63,459 bases of DNA from an uncultured virus (IMG/VR IMGVR_UViG_3300027581_000001) (Duplodnaviria > Heunggongvirae > Uroviricota > Caudoviricetes > Kyanoviridae). Position 1 is the stretch's first letter, and each line of letters starts with the position of its first letter. Below are positions 27,138 to 37,500 of the stretch, piece by piece. Position numbers and translations under genes: made by a program. Location of the stretch: IMG/VR virus record IMGVR_UViG_3300027581_000001. One strand, 5' to 3'. The notes under the pieces were generated by a model that saw only the letters and a list, made by a program, of their open reading frames with translations, had not been told where the DNA came from and did no database searches.

Positions 27138-28768
27138 ATGTATGAACGATCACCATATTCATCAGAAAACCAACGATCACCCTCAGAATCAACAAAACTT
27201 GTTTCGTCTAACCCATCAGAAACAAAACCAAAAGGTGCCATATCTTGTTCTATCTGATTTTTTTGTTCATCATAAAGACGTTTTCTAACATCTTGATCAG
27301 TAAGTTCTTTAAAATAATCCTGACAAACTAACCAAGCATATATTACAAGGCACATTGCTAGGTCGTCATTGCAACCCTCTTCTGCCTCAAAAGAATTATG
27401 TTTCTGAATGAAAGTTGTAAGTTCACTAATAATTTCATAATCATTGAAGATAAGTTTATCCTCTTCAATCATTGTTTTTAAATTAAGACACCCAATTTTT
27501 TTAACTGTCTTAGACATCTTAACTCCTAGTTGAGTCTTCTTACCCGAAAAACCTTGCCCTACTATTTGACCAGCCCTACCTCTCATAGAACACATTAAAA
27601 TATTTTGATATTCAAGGTCGTATTGAAGGATGCTAGCAACCTGATCTCCTACATCATTTACTTCGCATAAGATAAAAGCATTATTGTAATTTCTTGCGAC
27701 TTCATAAATTACACCTGGAAACATCATTGGTTTGATTTCATTATCTCTATACTTTGCTACAACTTTATGGGGAAACTGTGTAATGTCTACCACAACGAAT
27801 GCTGAGTAATCGTTTCCTACCCCTCTAGCAACGTCTACAGTCATTATATAATCACAATCCTGACTTGCACTCACATAAACGTCTAAACCCGCGTTACTAG
27901 TCTTAGGATGGTCGTAGACGAAGTTCCTGAGTTTAGATGGTGCAATCAGAGTATCAACAGATCCAAGAAATTCGCATTCAAATTCAACCTTAAACTGTTG
28001 TTCACTTGTGTTAGCAATTGTCTGTGCTTTCCAGGCAGAATCTCTACCAGGAACCTCACTCCAATGTACATCAGTAAAAATATATCCATTTTTGCCAGTT
28101 TCGGCATCGTGCCACATTCGGTAGAAATGATTCATACCATGTGGTGTTGAAACAATAATTACCTTTGTGTTTTGACCTGAAGTAATGGTTGGATATACTG
28201 ATGCAAAAAATGAGTCTGCAATGTGATTTGGAACAAACGCAAATTCGTCCAAAAACAATATGTTAAAAGACATACCACGAACAGCAGAAGCTGAAGTTGA
28301 GGCAGCCATAATTTTAGATCCATTCTCAAGTTCTAATGAACCTTTGTTCCAAGAAATAACACCTTGCTGCATCCATTTAGGAAGATTTTCATATGCGGTT
28401 TGGAGACGATCTAAAAGTTCTCTTGCGGTTGCTGCCTTGTTTGCTAATATACCAATATTTACATTATCATTAAAGACTGCATAATGAAGAAGGTATGAAA
28501 CAACCGTAGTGCTTTTACCTGTTTGACGAGGCATCTTACATATATTAAATCTATTCTCGTGAAATCTATTAATAAGTTTTTCTTGAAAAGAATAAAGACT
28601 AAATGGCATTAGACCATGGTCAAGAGTTACAATTTTTACATAATTTTTTGCAAAATATACAGGGTCGTCTTTACACCTCACAAACTCAAGAATTTGTTCT
28701 TGAGTAAACTCCATTGAGGTATTTGCCTTTTTTAATAAAGGATTGCCTAAGTAAATGTTATCGGGCAT
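27122..28768 (-). CDS. gp17: Terminase large subunit
   Basis: PRQTGKST, LFLDEFAF, STPHG, DVARG, DDLAM. Confidence 0.97.
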   Translation of the reverse strand: MPDNIYLGNPLLKKANTSMEFTQEQILEFVRCKDDPVYFAKNYVKIVTLDHGLMPFSLYSFQEKLINRFHENRFNICKMPRQTGKSTTVVSYLLHYAVFNDNVNIGILANKAATARELLDRLQTAYENLPKWMQQGVISWNKGSLELENGSKIMAASTSASAVRGMSFNILFLDEFAFVPNHIADSFFASVYPTITSGQNTKVIIVSTPHGMNHFYRMWHDAETGKNGYIFTDVHWSEVPGRDSAWKAQTIANTSEQQFKVEFECEFLGSVDTLIAPSKLRNFVYDHPKTSNAGLDVYVSASQDCDYIMTVDVARGVGNDYSAFVVVDITQFPHKVVAKYRDNEIKPMMFPGVIYEVARNYNNAFILCEVNDVGDQVASILQYDLEYQNILMCSMRGRAGQIVGQGFSGKKTQLGVKMSKTVKKIGCLNLKTMIEEDKLIFNDYEIISELTTFIQKHNSFEAEEGCNDDLAMCLVIYAWLVCQDYFKELTDQDVRKRLYDEQKNQIEQDMAPFGFVSDGLDETSFVDSEGDRWFSDEYGDRSYMWEYR

Positions 28769-28785
28769 AATATAATCTCCTTATA

Positions 28786-30315
28786 TCAGCAATTCCATGC
28801 TCTGAGTGATTTATTAATTCTGCTATCTGGATCTCGGGCAGTTTTAGTAGATGTTAACTTTGCTTTCATGCCTTTCATTCGGGCACAGAATGAAGATCTG
28901 CGGGGATTTCCAACTTCCTTTGAAGGTGGTTTTAGATCACTTCCAGGATTATCTGCTTCGTAAGATTTACGACCCTTCTCATTTAAACCACCTTCAGAAT
29001 TTTTACCAGACTTTTTAGTCCAAGCAGCACCCTCTTCTATTTCAATTTCTTCATTCACAGATTTATTAACATAAATTAATGGTTGTCCTGGAACAAATTC
29101 AGAAACTTTAAAAGTCAAAATTCTACAATCAGGGTAAATTTTTTTAATTTCATACTCAACATTCTTTCTAGTTGGGATGCCTATTTGTGGGAAGAATATT
29201 TTTGTTCCATAAGTTTTACCTCTCCAATTAAACATCACCGAAATAATATTACCTGTTTTTGCTGGAATACGAACTGATTCTTCAATTTTAACATTTTCTA
29301 CTTTTACACAATTTGGATATTTTTTACCAAACATAGTTTTCATACCTTTTTTCTTATATCCTTTCCAACATGCCTCATCGACACTCATTGGACACTCATC
29401 CATTCCGTGTACTGGGCAATCCTTTCCTTTTTTTGTTTTACTACAAGACCCTTCTACTGGTTTCCCAATACCAACCTCAGTTGGTTTGATTTTTTGTCCA
29501 GGAACATCAAACCCTTTTGGTAGAGGTTTACATTCTTTATTTGTATTACACCAATACATTCCTTTACCACACTTTTCTTCACCAAGTATTTTTTCAACTA
29601 AAGATATTTCTACTTCTTCTGATTTATTACCCCAATTATCAGCACCAACTTTACGACATTTTACAAGTGCTCCTGATGCATATGCTGAAGGCCAAACTGA
29701 ATATCTTGATTTTACTTTAGTATAACAAGCATCTTTAGTTCCACTACCTTTAGTTTTTTTGTCAGATTCTTCAGACATTTCATTACTATCCAAATAGTCT
29801 GCCGCAGTATCAATATAATCTGCTGCTTTGGTAATTTTAGATTGAACCCAGGCAGGTAATTGTGTGTCACCCTTTTTGATAATTTTTCTTAATTTTTTAA
29901 CAGCACTATCAATTGTATCCATCTCGGTACTTGCCATATATCCTTCTTCATCTTTTTCTTTTCCAGAAGCAATTGCTTTATGATTTTCTTTAAAAAATTC
30001 TTCTTTCATTTTCTTTGTTGGGGAATCGGTGGAAACATAAGTTGGTGATGCAGAACCTGATTTTGATTGCTGCCCTGGATCTTTTTCTCTTTTTCTTCTT
30101 ACTGCAGATGCTACTTCACCTTTACTCATACTTGCTAATTTATCTCGTGAGAAACACTTAGGAGTTTTGGTTTCACCAGGTTCATTAGCACATGGAGACC
30201 CATCTGATTGTACCCAACCAGGTTTTCCATCCTTTGATTTAGACTTACCAAACCAATCACGAAGACCTTCTTCATTTACAACATCTTCATATGCCATTTG
30301 GATTTCAGTAATCAA
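28786..30315 (-). CDS. Modular Lys/Cys-rich hypothetical protein, probably an internal virion protein
   Basis: ORF track; basic Cys-containing modules separated by acidic xEE linkers; AATAAATA upstream. Confidence 0.75.
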   Translation of the reverse strand: MITEIQMAYEDVVNEEGLRDWFGKSKSKDGKPGWVQSDGSPCANEPGETKTPKCFSRDKLASMSKGEVASAVRRKREKDPGQQSKSGSASPTYVSTDSPTKKMKEEFFKENHKAIASGKEKDEEGYMASTEMDTIDSAVKKLRKIIKKGDTQLPAWVQSKITKAADYIDTAADYLDSNEMSEESDKKTKGSGTKDACYTKVKSRYSVWPSAYASGALVKCRKVGADNWGNKSEEVEISLVEKILGEEKCGKGMYWCNTNKECKPLPKGFDVPGQKIKPTEVGIGKPVEGSCSKTKKGKDCPVHGMDECPMSVDEACWKGYKKKGMKTMFGKKYPNCVKVENVKIEESVRIPAKTGNIISVMFNWRGKTYGTKIFFPQIGIPTRKNVEYEIKKIYPDCRILTFKVSEFVPGQPLIYVNKSVNEEIEIEEGAAWTKKSGKNSEGGLNEKGRKSYEADNPGSDLKPPSKEVGNPRRSSFCARMKGMKAKLTSTKTARDPDSRINKSLRAWNC

Positions 30316-30347
30316 TATCTTTTTTATATTTATTAGTCCACTCTTCT

Positions 30348-30797
30348 CTAAACTGTTTGAATGTCTTCATTATCTAGTTGTTGTTGCTTTAAAAGCTTTG
30401 CTAGTTCTGCAGTTGATCCTACAAAAAGTGCATTATTAACTGTGGTTGGACCTTTTGGTTTGTCATCGTCAATATCTTTTACTTTCTTTTGAAGATCTAA
30501 TAGTTTATCTGTAATGTCACCTACACTTTTAATGAGTTGTCCAGCAACTTCATATGCACGGGGCATCTCAGATTCTTGTGCTAATTCAAGAATTCCATTA
30601 ATTGCTTCTTGTCCTTTTTCTATTAAAGAATATAAATTTCCTCTAGTATAATCGTAATCTTTTTTAACATCATCTACTACTAGTGCAACCTTCTCTATTT
30701 TTTCTGTTATTGTTTCAGATTTCACATCTATAGAAATTATATCACCATCTACATTAAAAGTTTCATTGAGTTTATCAAATTTTTTTGTCATTTTCAT
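30348..30797 (-). CDS. gp16: Terminase small subunit
   Basis: DYDYTRGNLY, PRAYEVAGQLIK, NNALFVGST.EL. Confidence 0.92.
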   Translation of the reverse strand: MKMTKKFDKLNETFNVDGDIISIDVKSETITEKIEKVALVVDDVKKDYDYTRGNLYSLIEKGQEAINGILELAQESEMPRAYEVAGQLIKSVGDITDKLLDLQKKVKDIDDDKPKGPTTVNNALFVGSTAELAKLLKQQQLDNEDIQTV

Positions 30798-31792
30798 TCT
30801 ATAGATCCACTAAATCCAAAATCATCACCCTCTTCAATTAACAAGTCATCTTCTGTAGTAATTGATTTAGCTTGTGCTCCAGAAAGATGTGATGTAATTG
30901 GTGTCCCATCTTTACCTCTTTCAACTGTAAGAACGTTTCCAGTTACGAGTGTTACATATACTTCTTCTCCTTCAATTTCCAAATACACACCCTTAACAAT
31001 AGATGCTGCACTGTTGACTGTAATTAAAGTATCTTCTTTAGTAATATCCTTTGACAAAGTAGTTAGTACTGTACCAGTGTAATTTTTAATAGATCTTGGT
31101 AATGTTGTGTAAATAACATCTCTTGTCGTGCTTTTACTATCTCCAGAAACATATCCAACAGAAGTTTTTTTGATAACATCTTTTGTTGCAGAAGAAATAG
31201 GACCAAAGAGATAAGTTTTAGCAGTAAACCTTAATGTGTAAATAAGAACTCTTCGTGTAGTAAAGTTACCTTCATAATCATCCTGCATCGTAATATTTTC
31301 AAGAACTACAGGAACGTCTCTTTTTTCATTAATAATATCTACCAACTCAAGTGTCATTGAATATGATGGTTGAAAATATGGTAAAATTTGCTCAATAATT
31401 TGAAGTGCATCATCATTCAATTTGGACATAATGCTTAACTCAAACTGCATATTGTATGGAACTGGAAGATATGCTTTTTTAGTTTCAGTTCCGTCAGTTG
31501 AAGATTTTACAAGAAAAGTTTGTGTTGTTGTAGATTTGCGAGTTGGATCATAAGTTAATCCAGTAAATTCAAATGACATTCTTGGTAATGTAATTTGAAC
31601 CGGTTTACTTAAATCTGGAGATTGCTCCAATCTTGCAAGAAATTTCTGTGTAGGTCCATATGCAAGTGGAACTTTAATTACACTTTTCACATTATCAGAA
31701 TTATCTGTATGCTTAATGTTAATTTCGTTAAATAAAGAACCAAAAGAAACTACAGTTCTTCTTAAAATTTCGTGATAGAAATATTCAAACAT
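30794..31792 (-). CDS. gp15: Tail sheath stabiliser / tail terminator
   Basis: YFYHEI.R, VPLAYGP..KF, LPRMSFE, QIIEQILPYFQP. Confidence 0.95.
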   Translation of the reverse strand: MFEYFYHEILRRTVVSFGSLFNEINIKHTDNSDNVKSVIKVPLAYGPTQKFLARLEQSPDLSKPVQITLPRMSFEFTGLTYDPTRKSTTTQTFLVKSSTDGTETKKAYLPVPYNMQFELSIMSKLNDDALQIIEQILPYFQPSYSMTLELVDIINEKRDVPVVLENITMQDDYEGNFTTRRVLIYTLRFTAKTYLFGPISSATKDVIKKTSVGYVSGDSKSTTRDVIYTTLPRSIKNYTGTVLTTLSKDITKEDTLITVNSAASIVKGVYLEIEGEEVYVTLVTGNVLTVERGKDGTPITSHLSGAQAKSITTEDDLLIEEGDDFGFSGSIE

Positions 31793-31834
31793 TTTTTAAG
31801 TTCCGATGCTATTGGTTACCCAAGTTATAACTAA

Positions 31835-31842
31835 TATTTATA
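31835..31842 (-). promoter_or_regulatory. Late promoter TATAAATA upstream of gp15
   Basis: Exact T4 late consensus. Confidence 0.7.
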
Positions 31843-33255
31843 CTATGGCATTCCGAATGGATTAGTGCTACTAAAATCAATAATATCTTCTGCCTCTGTT
31901 TCTATATCACTATTATCAGAATATCCATCTTCAATTGCAAAAATATCAATAGATCTAAGTTTTCTTGAAGCACTTGATGCGGTTCCAACAATGGATTCTC
32001 CTGGTGTAAATGATCCAGAAACTGTTGCAACTTCTAATACATTAGTTATAACATTCCAAGATCTAACTCTTGCAGTTGTTCCACTTGTAGAACCTGTCAC
32101 AATTTCGTTAAAGACAAAAGTTCCAACACCAACAATTTGTGGTGGGTTCTCAATAGTAATAATTGGTGATGTAGTATATCCTAATCCAGCATTTGTAATT
32201 CTAATTTGAGTAATTGTTCCTGCTGCACTTACTATAGCAGTCGCAGCAGCAGATACTGTTGCAATACCAGTAAATGTAATTGTAGGAATGCCAACATATC
32301 CACCACCACCATTTGTTATAGTAATTATTCCAACAACACCATTTCCAATAGTTGTTGTAGCAGCTGCTCCAACTCCATCTCCAAAAAACAATACTTTAGG
32401 AGCAACCGTATACCCTGCACCAGGATTAATAACTTCTACTGATTGAACTGATTTTGCTTTTGGGTCTATATTATCCGCACAAACAACAATTCCACCAATC
32501 ATTGTTACAGATCCAATGCCAGTCACTCCTCCAGAAGGTGCTGAAGATATCGAAACTCGTGGTGCATGTGTATATCCACCACCTCTGTTTGTAACAGTAA
32601 AGAATCTTATACCACCATTTACAATTGTGATAATAGCAGTTGCTGTTACTCCAGCACCTATCATATTCAGTTTTTGTGTTCTGCCAAGAGAAATTGTTGA
32701 GATGCCACTTTCAGAACTCCCAGAAAGAACATTATCAATGAAATCAATCCCAGTGTCAATAACTTCATCTTCATACCTAAACAGTTCACATTTTAAAGTA
32801 TAAACATAATTTGTTTGAAGTTGATAAAAGGGTTGCTCATGTTCAACAAATTTAATTTCAAATAATCTATCACCAAGAGGAAAATAAATTAAATCTCCTT
32901 CTTTAGGTCTTGTAGATAACTTAATATTTGCATGATCTTTAATTAGGGGTGTTATGTACTCTTCAAATCTTTCTTTTGATATTACAATTGTTAGTTCATT
33001 AAGTGCTTGAATACCAAACTTTGATAAGATTGTGGTATTATCACCATATCCATCAAAGTTTTCAACATATGCTTCAATTGGATATGAACGATCAAATGCG
33101 GATTCAATAACCTCCCGCATTATAGTTTTTTCTGTTATATATTTTCTTGGAAGATAATGAACTTCAACACCATACATTCGCAGTTGTTCATTTATAAGGT
33201 CTTGAATTAGACCTTGTTCTGATTTAGATCCTTGAAGAAAAAATGGGTTAAGCAT
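31843..33255 (-). CDS. gp14: Neck protein with Gly-Tyr repeat insertion
   Basis: EQ.LIQDLINEQL..YG, RP.EGDLIYFP, FEIKFVEHE.PFYQL, C-terminal NPFG. Confidence 0.93.
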   Translation of the reverse strand: MLNPFFLQGSKSEQGLIQDLINEQLRMYGVEVHYLPRKYITEKTIMREVIESAFDRSYPIEAYVENFDGYGDNTTILSKFGIQALNELTIVISKERFEEYITPLIKDHANIKLSTRPKEGDLIYFPLGDRLFEIKFVEHEQPFYQLQTNYVYTLKCELFRYEDEVIDTGIDFIDNVLSGSSESGISTISLGRTQKLNMIGAGVTATAIITIVNGGIRFFTVTNRGGGYTHAPRVSISSAPSGGVTGIGSVTMIGGIVVCADNIDPKAKSVQSVEVINPGAGYTVAPKVLFFGDGVGAAATTTIGNGVVGIITITNGGGGYVGIPTITFTGIATVSAAATAIVSAAGTITQIRITNAGLGYTTSPIITIENPPQIVGVGTFVFNEIVTGSTSGTTARVRSWNVITNVLEVATVSGSFTPGESIVGTASSASRKLRSIDIFAIEDGYSDNSDIETEAEDIIDFSSTNPFGMP

Positions 33256-33258
33256 AGT

Positions 33259-34104
33259 TTAACCAATCATATCGTATGGTGGAAGTTCATACGTATTGGA
33301 CATTTTTTCCATAAGCATATCCAATTCCTTCTGTGCATCATCATACATTTGTCTTCCATTTAATTCAACTCCACCAGGAAGTTTAACTCCAGTAAACTTC
33401 ATCATATTTTGTCCCCACTGACGTTTGATCAATGAAGTTAGGTATGGTTTAATAAAGGAATCATTATAAACTCTAGCATAATCATTTGGATCTAATGTTG
33501 AATAACAATCGATAACAAAATAATCATTTTCTTTTATAACCCCCCAATCAATATCCAAATATAATCTTTCTTGTCTTTTATTAAATCGAATTTGTTTTTG
33601 TGTATTTAGAAGAAAATCTAAATCTTCCAAATATGTTTTAACCATTGAATAATTTAAGAGCTCTGTAGCTCCTAAAAAATAAATGTCATTTAAGAACATT
33701 TGATATTTGATACTAAACATACCTCTTGAAGTATTAGCTCCATCAAATGTAAAAATTTTATTTACACCAATAACATTAGGAGGAAGTTGAATATAATTAC
33801 TATTTTCTGTATATGAAAAAGTTGTTGCTGTTCCAACAATACTTGTTGTTACAGTAGTTGTTGCAATTCCAACGACATTATTAGATCCTACTACTGCTGT
33901 ACCACGAGAAATATCTGCTGCTGTTGTTTTATATTTAAAAAAAGCAGGATAAACTCCATCAAAATGTCTTTCTTGAAAAAATTGAATTGCATCATCAACC
34001 AAATCATCAATCTGTTCATCTGCAACATTAATTTCAAGTACAGGCGCGCCTAGTTTTCTTTTACAGTAATCTATAAGTTCCTGTCTAGTTGATGGTTGCG
34101 CCAT
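33259..34104 (-). CDS. gp13: Neck protein
   Basis: YC.RKLGAPVLEINV, K.QWGQN..KF.GVKLPGGV.LNG. Confidence 0.95.
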   Translation of the reverse strand: MAQPSTRQELIDYCKRKLGAPVLEINVADEQIDDLVDDAIQFFQERHFDGVYPAFFKYKTTAADISRGTAVVGSNNVVGIATTTVTTSIVGTATTFSYTENSNYIQLPPNVIGVNKIFTFDGANTSRGMFSIKYQMFLNDIYFLGATELLNYSMVKTYLEDLDFLLNTQKQIRFNKRQERLYLDIDWGVIKENDYFVIDCYSTLDPNDYARVYNDSFIKPYLTSLIKRQWGQNMMKFTGVKLPGGVELNGRQMYDDAQKELDMLMEKMSNTYELPPYDMIG

Positions 34105-34133
34105 TTACTATTTTCCTTTAGAAATATTTATGA

Positions 34134-34307
34134 TTAAAGTATTGGAAACTTTGCAAGAACTTCTTGCTGCTTAAGATACAGTTTAAAATAACATTTTGCA
34201 AGATTTCTAAGATCTTCAACATTATTAATAGTATCTATTTGACTGGTAAACTTAATGTATTCAAAACTTTTGTTTAAGTTTTCAAGAATTATGTCATCAG
34301 GATTCAT
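34134..34307 (-). CDS. 57-aa helical protein, NblA-like candidate; not in the ORF track
   Basis: MNPDDIILENLNKSFEYIKFTSQIDTINNVEDLRNLAKCYFKLYLKQQEVLAKFPIL*; AGGAGG RBS. The ORF is well supported; the NblA resemblance is by eye only. Confidence 0.6.
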   Translation of the reverse strand: MNPDDIILENLNKSFEYIKFTSQIDTINNVEDLRNLAKCYFKLYLKQQEVLAKFPIL

Positions 34308-34530
34308 TAATTAACCTCCTAAGTAAAAATTTAATTTCATTCAGATCTTCTTTCATATTAGCAACATCAGATTCAAGATTTTGTACTTTTTCAGTCTCTT
34401 TTAATTTAGAGTCCCTCCTAGAAATGTATCCGTTGTATTCAGACATATTAGTGTTAATGATAGAATTTGTTTTGGGATCTCGGAGTAAGTTATCATGTCC
34501 CTTCACTTTAATATAGTCCATATTAGGCAA
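34297..34530 (-). CDS. Small coiled-coil hypothetical protein
   Basis: ORF track; KVKGHDNL.RD..T.SIIN motif; probable start MDYIK. Confidence 0.75.
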   Translation of the reverse strand: MPNMDYIKVKGHDNLLRDPKTNSIINTNMSEYNGYISRRDSKLKETEKVQNLESDVANMKEDLNEIKFLLRRLINES

Positions 34531-37500
34531 GTGTAATCACTCTCAGATTTCTTACTCTAGGAACATAAACTTGGTTAGTTGATGTCATAATAAGTTTAAT
34601 CCTATATGATCTAAATGGTGCTTGTATATTTGCAGTAAAGGTGCGTTCTTTATAATCTAATTCTGGGGAAGCAAATCCGATAGAGTTTGATAAAGAAACA
34701 AATTTATCAGATGAACCATCGCTATCTTTAATATCAATAATTTCTCCTTCTGCATTAATATTTTTATATCCAGGAAATGGAATAAAGATTGGATTAAAAT
34801 TGTTATTTTCACTAACTGCATAAAATGCACGAATGTCATGATAAAGATTTATATAAGCATCTAATATGATTTTAATAGAAGATGCTGGACTTTCTAAAGT
34901 AATTTCTTTTGAAATATATTGACATGCCGATGGATCTGGATCTATTGAATTTACTCTTGCATCGGTTGCATAGTTACTAATTGCACTATTTACTCTATTT
35001 GAAGTTAAAATTGCACTAATTCTTTGAGTGTCTAAAACCGGTGAAACTTTTGAATTAACAGTGTCAAGTCTTAATCTCATATTTATTGACCTATTACCCT
35101 TTAAATTGGATAATTTATTGCTTTCATTTACTTTTGATGCAATAATTCTTGTACTGCTTAAATAATTAGGAATATTAATTGTGATTGGTTCAAATCCATT
35201 ATTACGGAACGAAACTTCATCTCCACTAATACTAGAACCAGTAATAGTTCTTACTTCAGCACTTAATGAAGTGCCTTGCACAGTTACATTATGAACCATT
35301 GGGGTAATAATTTCAAATGGCATATTTTGTGTTGCTGCAATATTATTTCCACCAGTTGATTTTGTTTGATTTGCATAAAGAACTGGGAAACTAGTTCCGA
35401 CACTTCTATTAACACCATCAATAGATCCGTCAATTTTAATATCATAAGAATCAAAAGTAATTGGATTTGAAACGGTTACATTATTTAAATCATGTGTTTT
35501 ATTAATTCTTCTCAAAGAAATTCCATTTATTTCATACTTATGTATTTGGGTTCCAATAGGATGTGTTTTTGGTGTGGATCCTTCTAACCCTCTGACAATG
35601 GTTCCAGAAATTGATGCTCCAGATACCAAAGTGTAAGAAATAATTTCATTACCAATGATTGCATATCCAGGATTAGTAGTACCAACACCGACATTTTCAA
35701 AAGCAGAGAAAGCACTAGAGTCATCAACAGATATTGATCCCGTAAAATCTGCTGCCAATTGTGCAGTTAATTTAGTTGGATTAATGTCCGATTTTACATT
35801 AGAAATTGTAACTAAGTTATCCCTAGAATACATTCCATGATTTCTATGATCTACTTTAACGTGCAGTCCATCAGTTTCAGTAATTATTTCATTAACCAAA
35901 ACAGTAGTTCCATTTAAATTTATTTCTCCAACGCCAGATTTAATGTATGTAATCGATTTACCAGCACCAACAACAAACTCTCCTTGAACATTATCTAATA
36001 TAATTTGATTAATGTCAATGACACTTTTAACTGATAATCTTGCATTTATACCAACATTTGTTGCTCCAATATTGGAAATTCCAAGCACATCTCCAATTTG
36101 ATATCCAGTCCCCCCAGAAGTAATATCTGCATTAATTACCTTCCCCCCATTTATTAAAATTGAACCAACTGCATTTCTACCACTACCAGTAATTGTTTGT
36201 AAACTAATTCCAGTAAAAAGTTGCTCACCAGACGATGGGGTATATCCAATGCCAGCATTAATTATATTTAATGTATCTGTTGCAGCTCCCGCGCTTCCTA
36301 CATAATTACCAGATGCATTTGTTCCGGATTGTAAAACAGTATTTCCAAGAGTTAAAAAACCATCAGTAAGGTTTGCTCCTAAACTAAGCCTAATTTTTCT
36401 AGAAGTAAAGTTAAGTGAATTTGGCATCAATTGTGCAATTTGCTTGTTACCTCTAGAAAGTTCTGGACTATAAACTTCTACGGTTCCAGAATCTATAAAA
36501 TCTGCACGATAAAGATTAAATTTAAGATCTTCCCACTGACTTGCTTCCCAAGTAGAGGCATTTTGAGATTTAAATAGTGATCCCAAATATGGTTGATTGG
36601 AAATAAATGATTGAGTTAAGAGATCAGTTTCTCCAATTCTAGAAATATAAACACTATATTTTGTAGAGTTTGATGCCAAACACATACAATATTCCTTACC
36701 ACCTTCAAGATAGACGGGTGCTTTAAATCTTATTGGTGTAGCAATTGATCCATCACCAGATGTTTGAACCTGATTAGGTTCAATAACAACTTCTGAAAAT
36801 GGAATAACATTTTGCGTTGGAAATCCATTTAGCATCGTTCTTAGTTGGAACGTTACTGGAATATCCATATCATCTTTAGATCTGAAGAAAACATCACACC
36901 TAGTTAAGAAAAGTCCAACTTCATCATCAATTAAAAATGATTGTGCAAGGGGATCATACCATCCAATAATTCCTTGTCTTTGTGTTTGTGCAATAACTCT
37001 ACTACCAACAACCTGAGTTCCGGTAGTTCGTGAAAGAGATCTTTCTTCAAATTCTTGTTTGTTTTCAATTCTAGCATTTCTAATTGATATAATATTTTCC
37101 TGAACAGTTTCTAAAATTCCACTTGATAAAAATCCTTCTTCAGCAATTGTTGAAGCAAGATTCTGATCGTTTAGGTCATTATTCACTAATGTAAAAGTTT
37201 TATTTCCTGCTTGAAATCTAGGATGAATACCTATATTGGGATTTGGAATGAAGAAACTTCCTATTAACGTTGATGATACATCTGGAATAAGTTTTATATT
37301 TGTAATTATAGCTTGAGCTCCACTCGTTTGCCCAACAAGCTCCATTCCGGATTCTACATATCCACTGAAAGTTCCCTGAGGTTCATTTGATAAAGAGAAA
37401 GTATCAACGTTTAAAATATTTGATGTTGAAGAATAGTTTGGTTGTAATGTTTGATTTGTATATGGATTTTGTGAAAATGTTGTGTTTGGAGAATTATATG

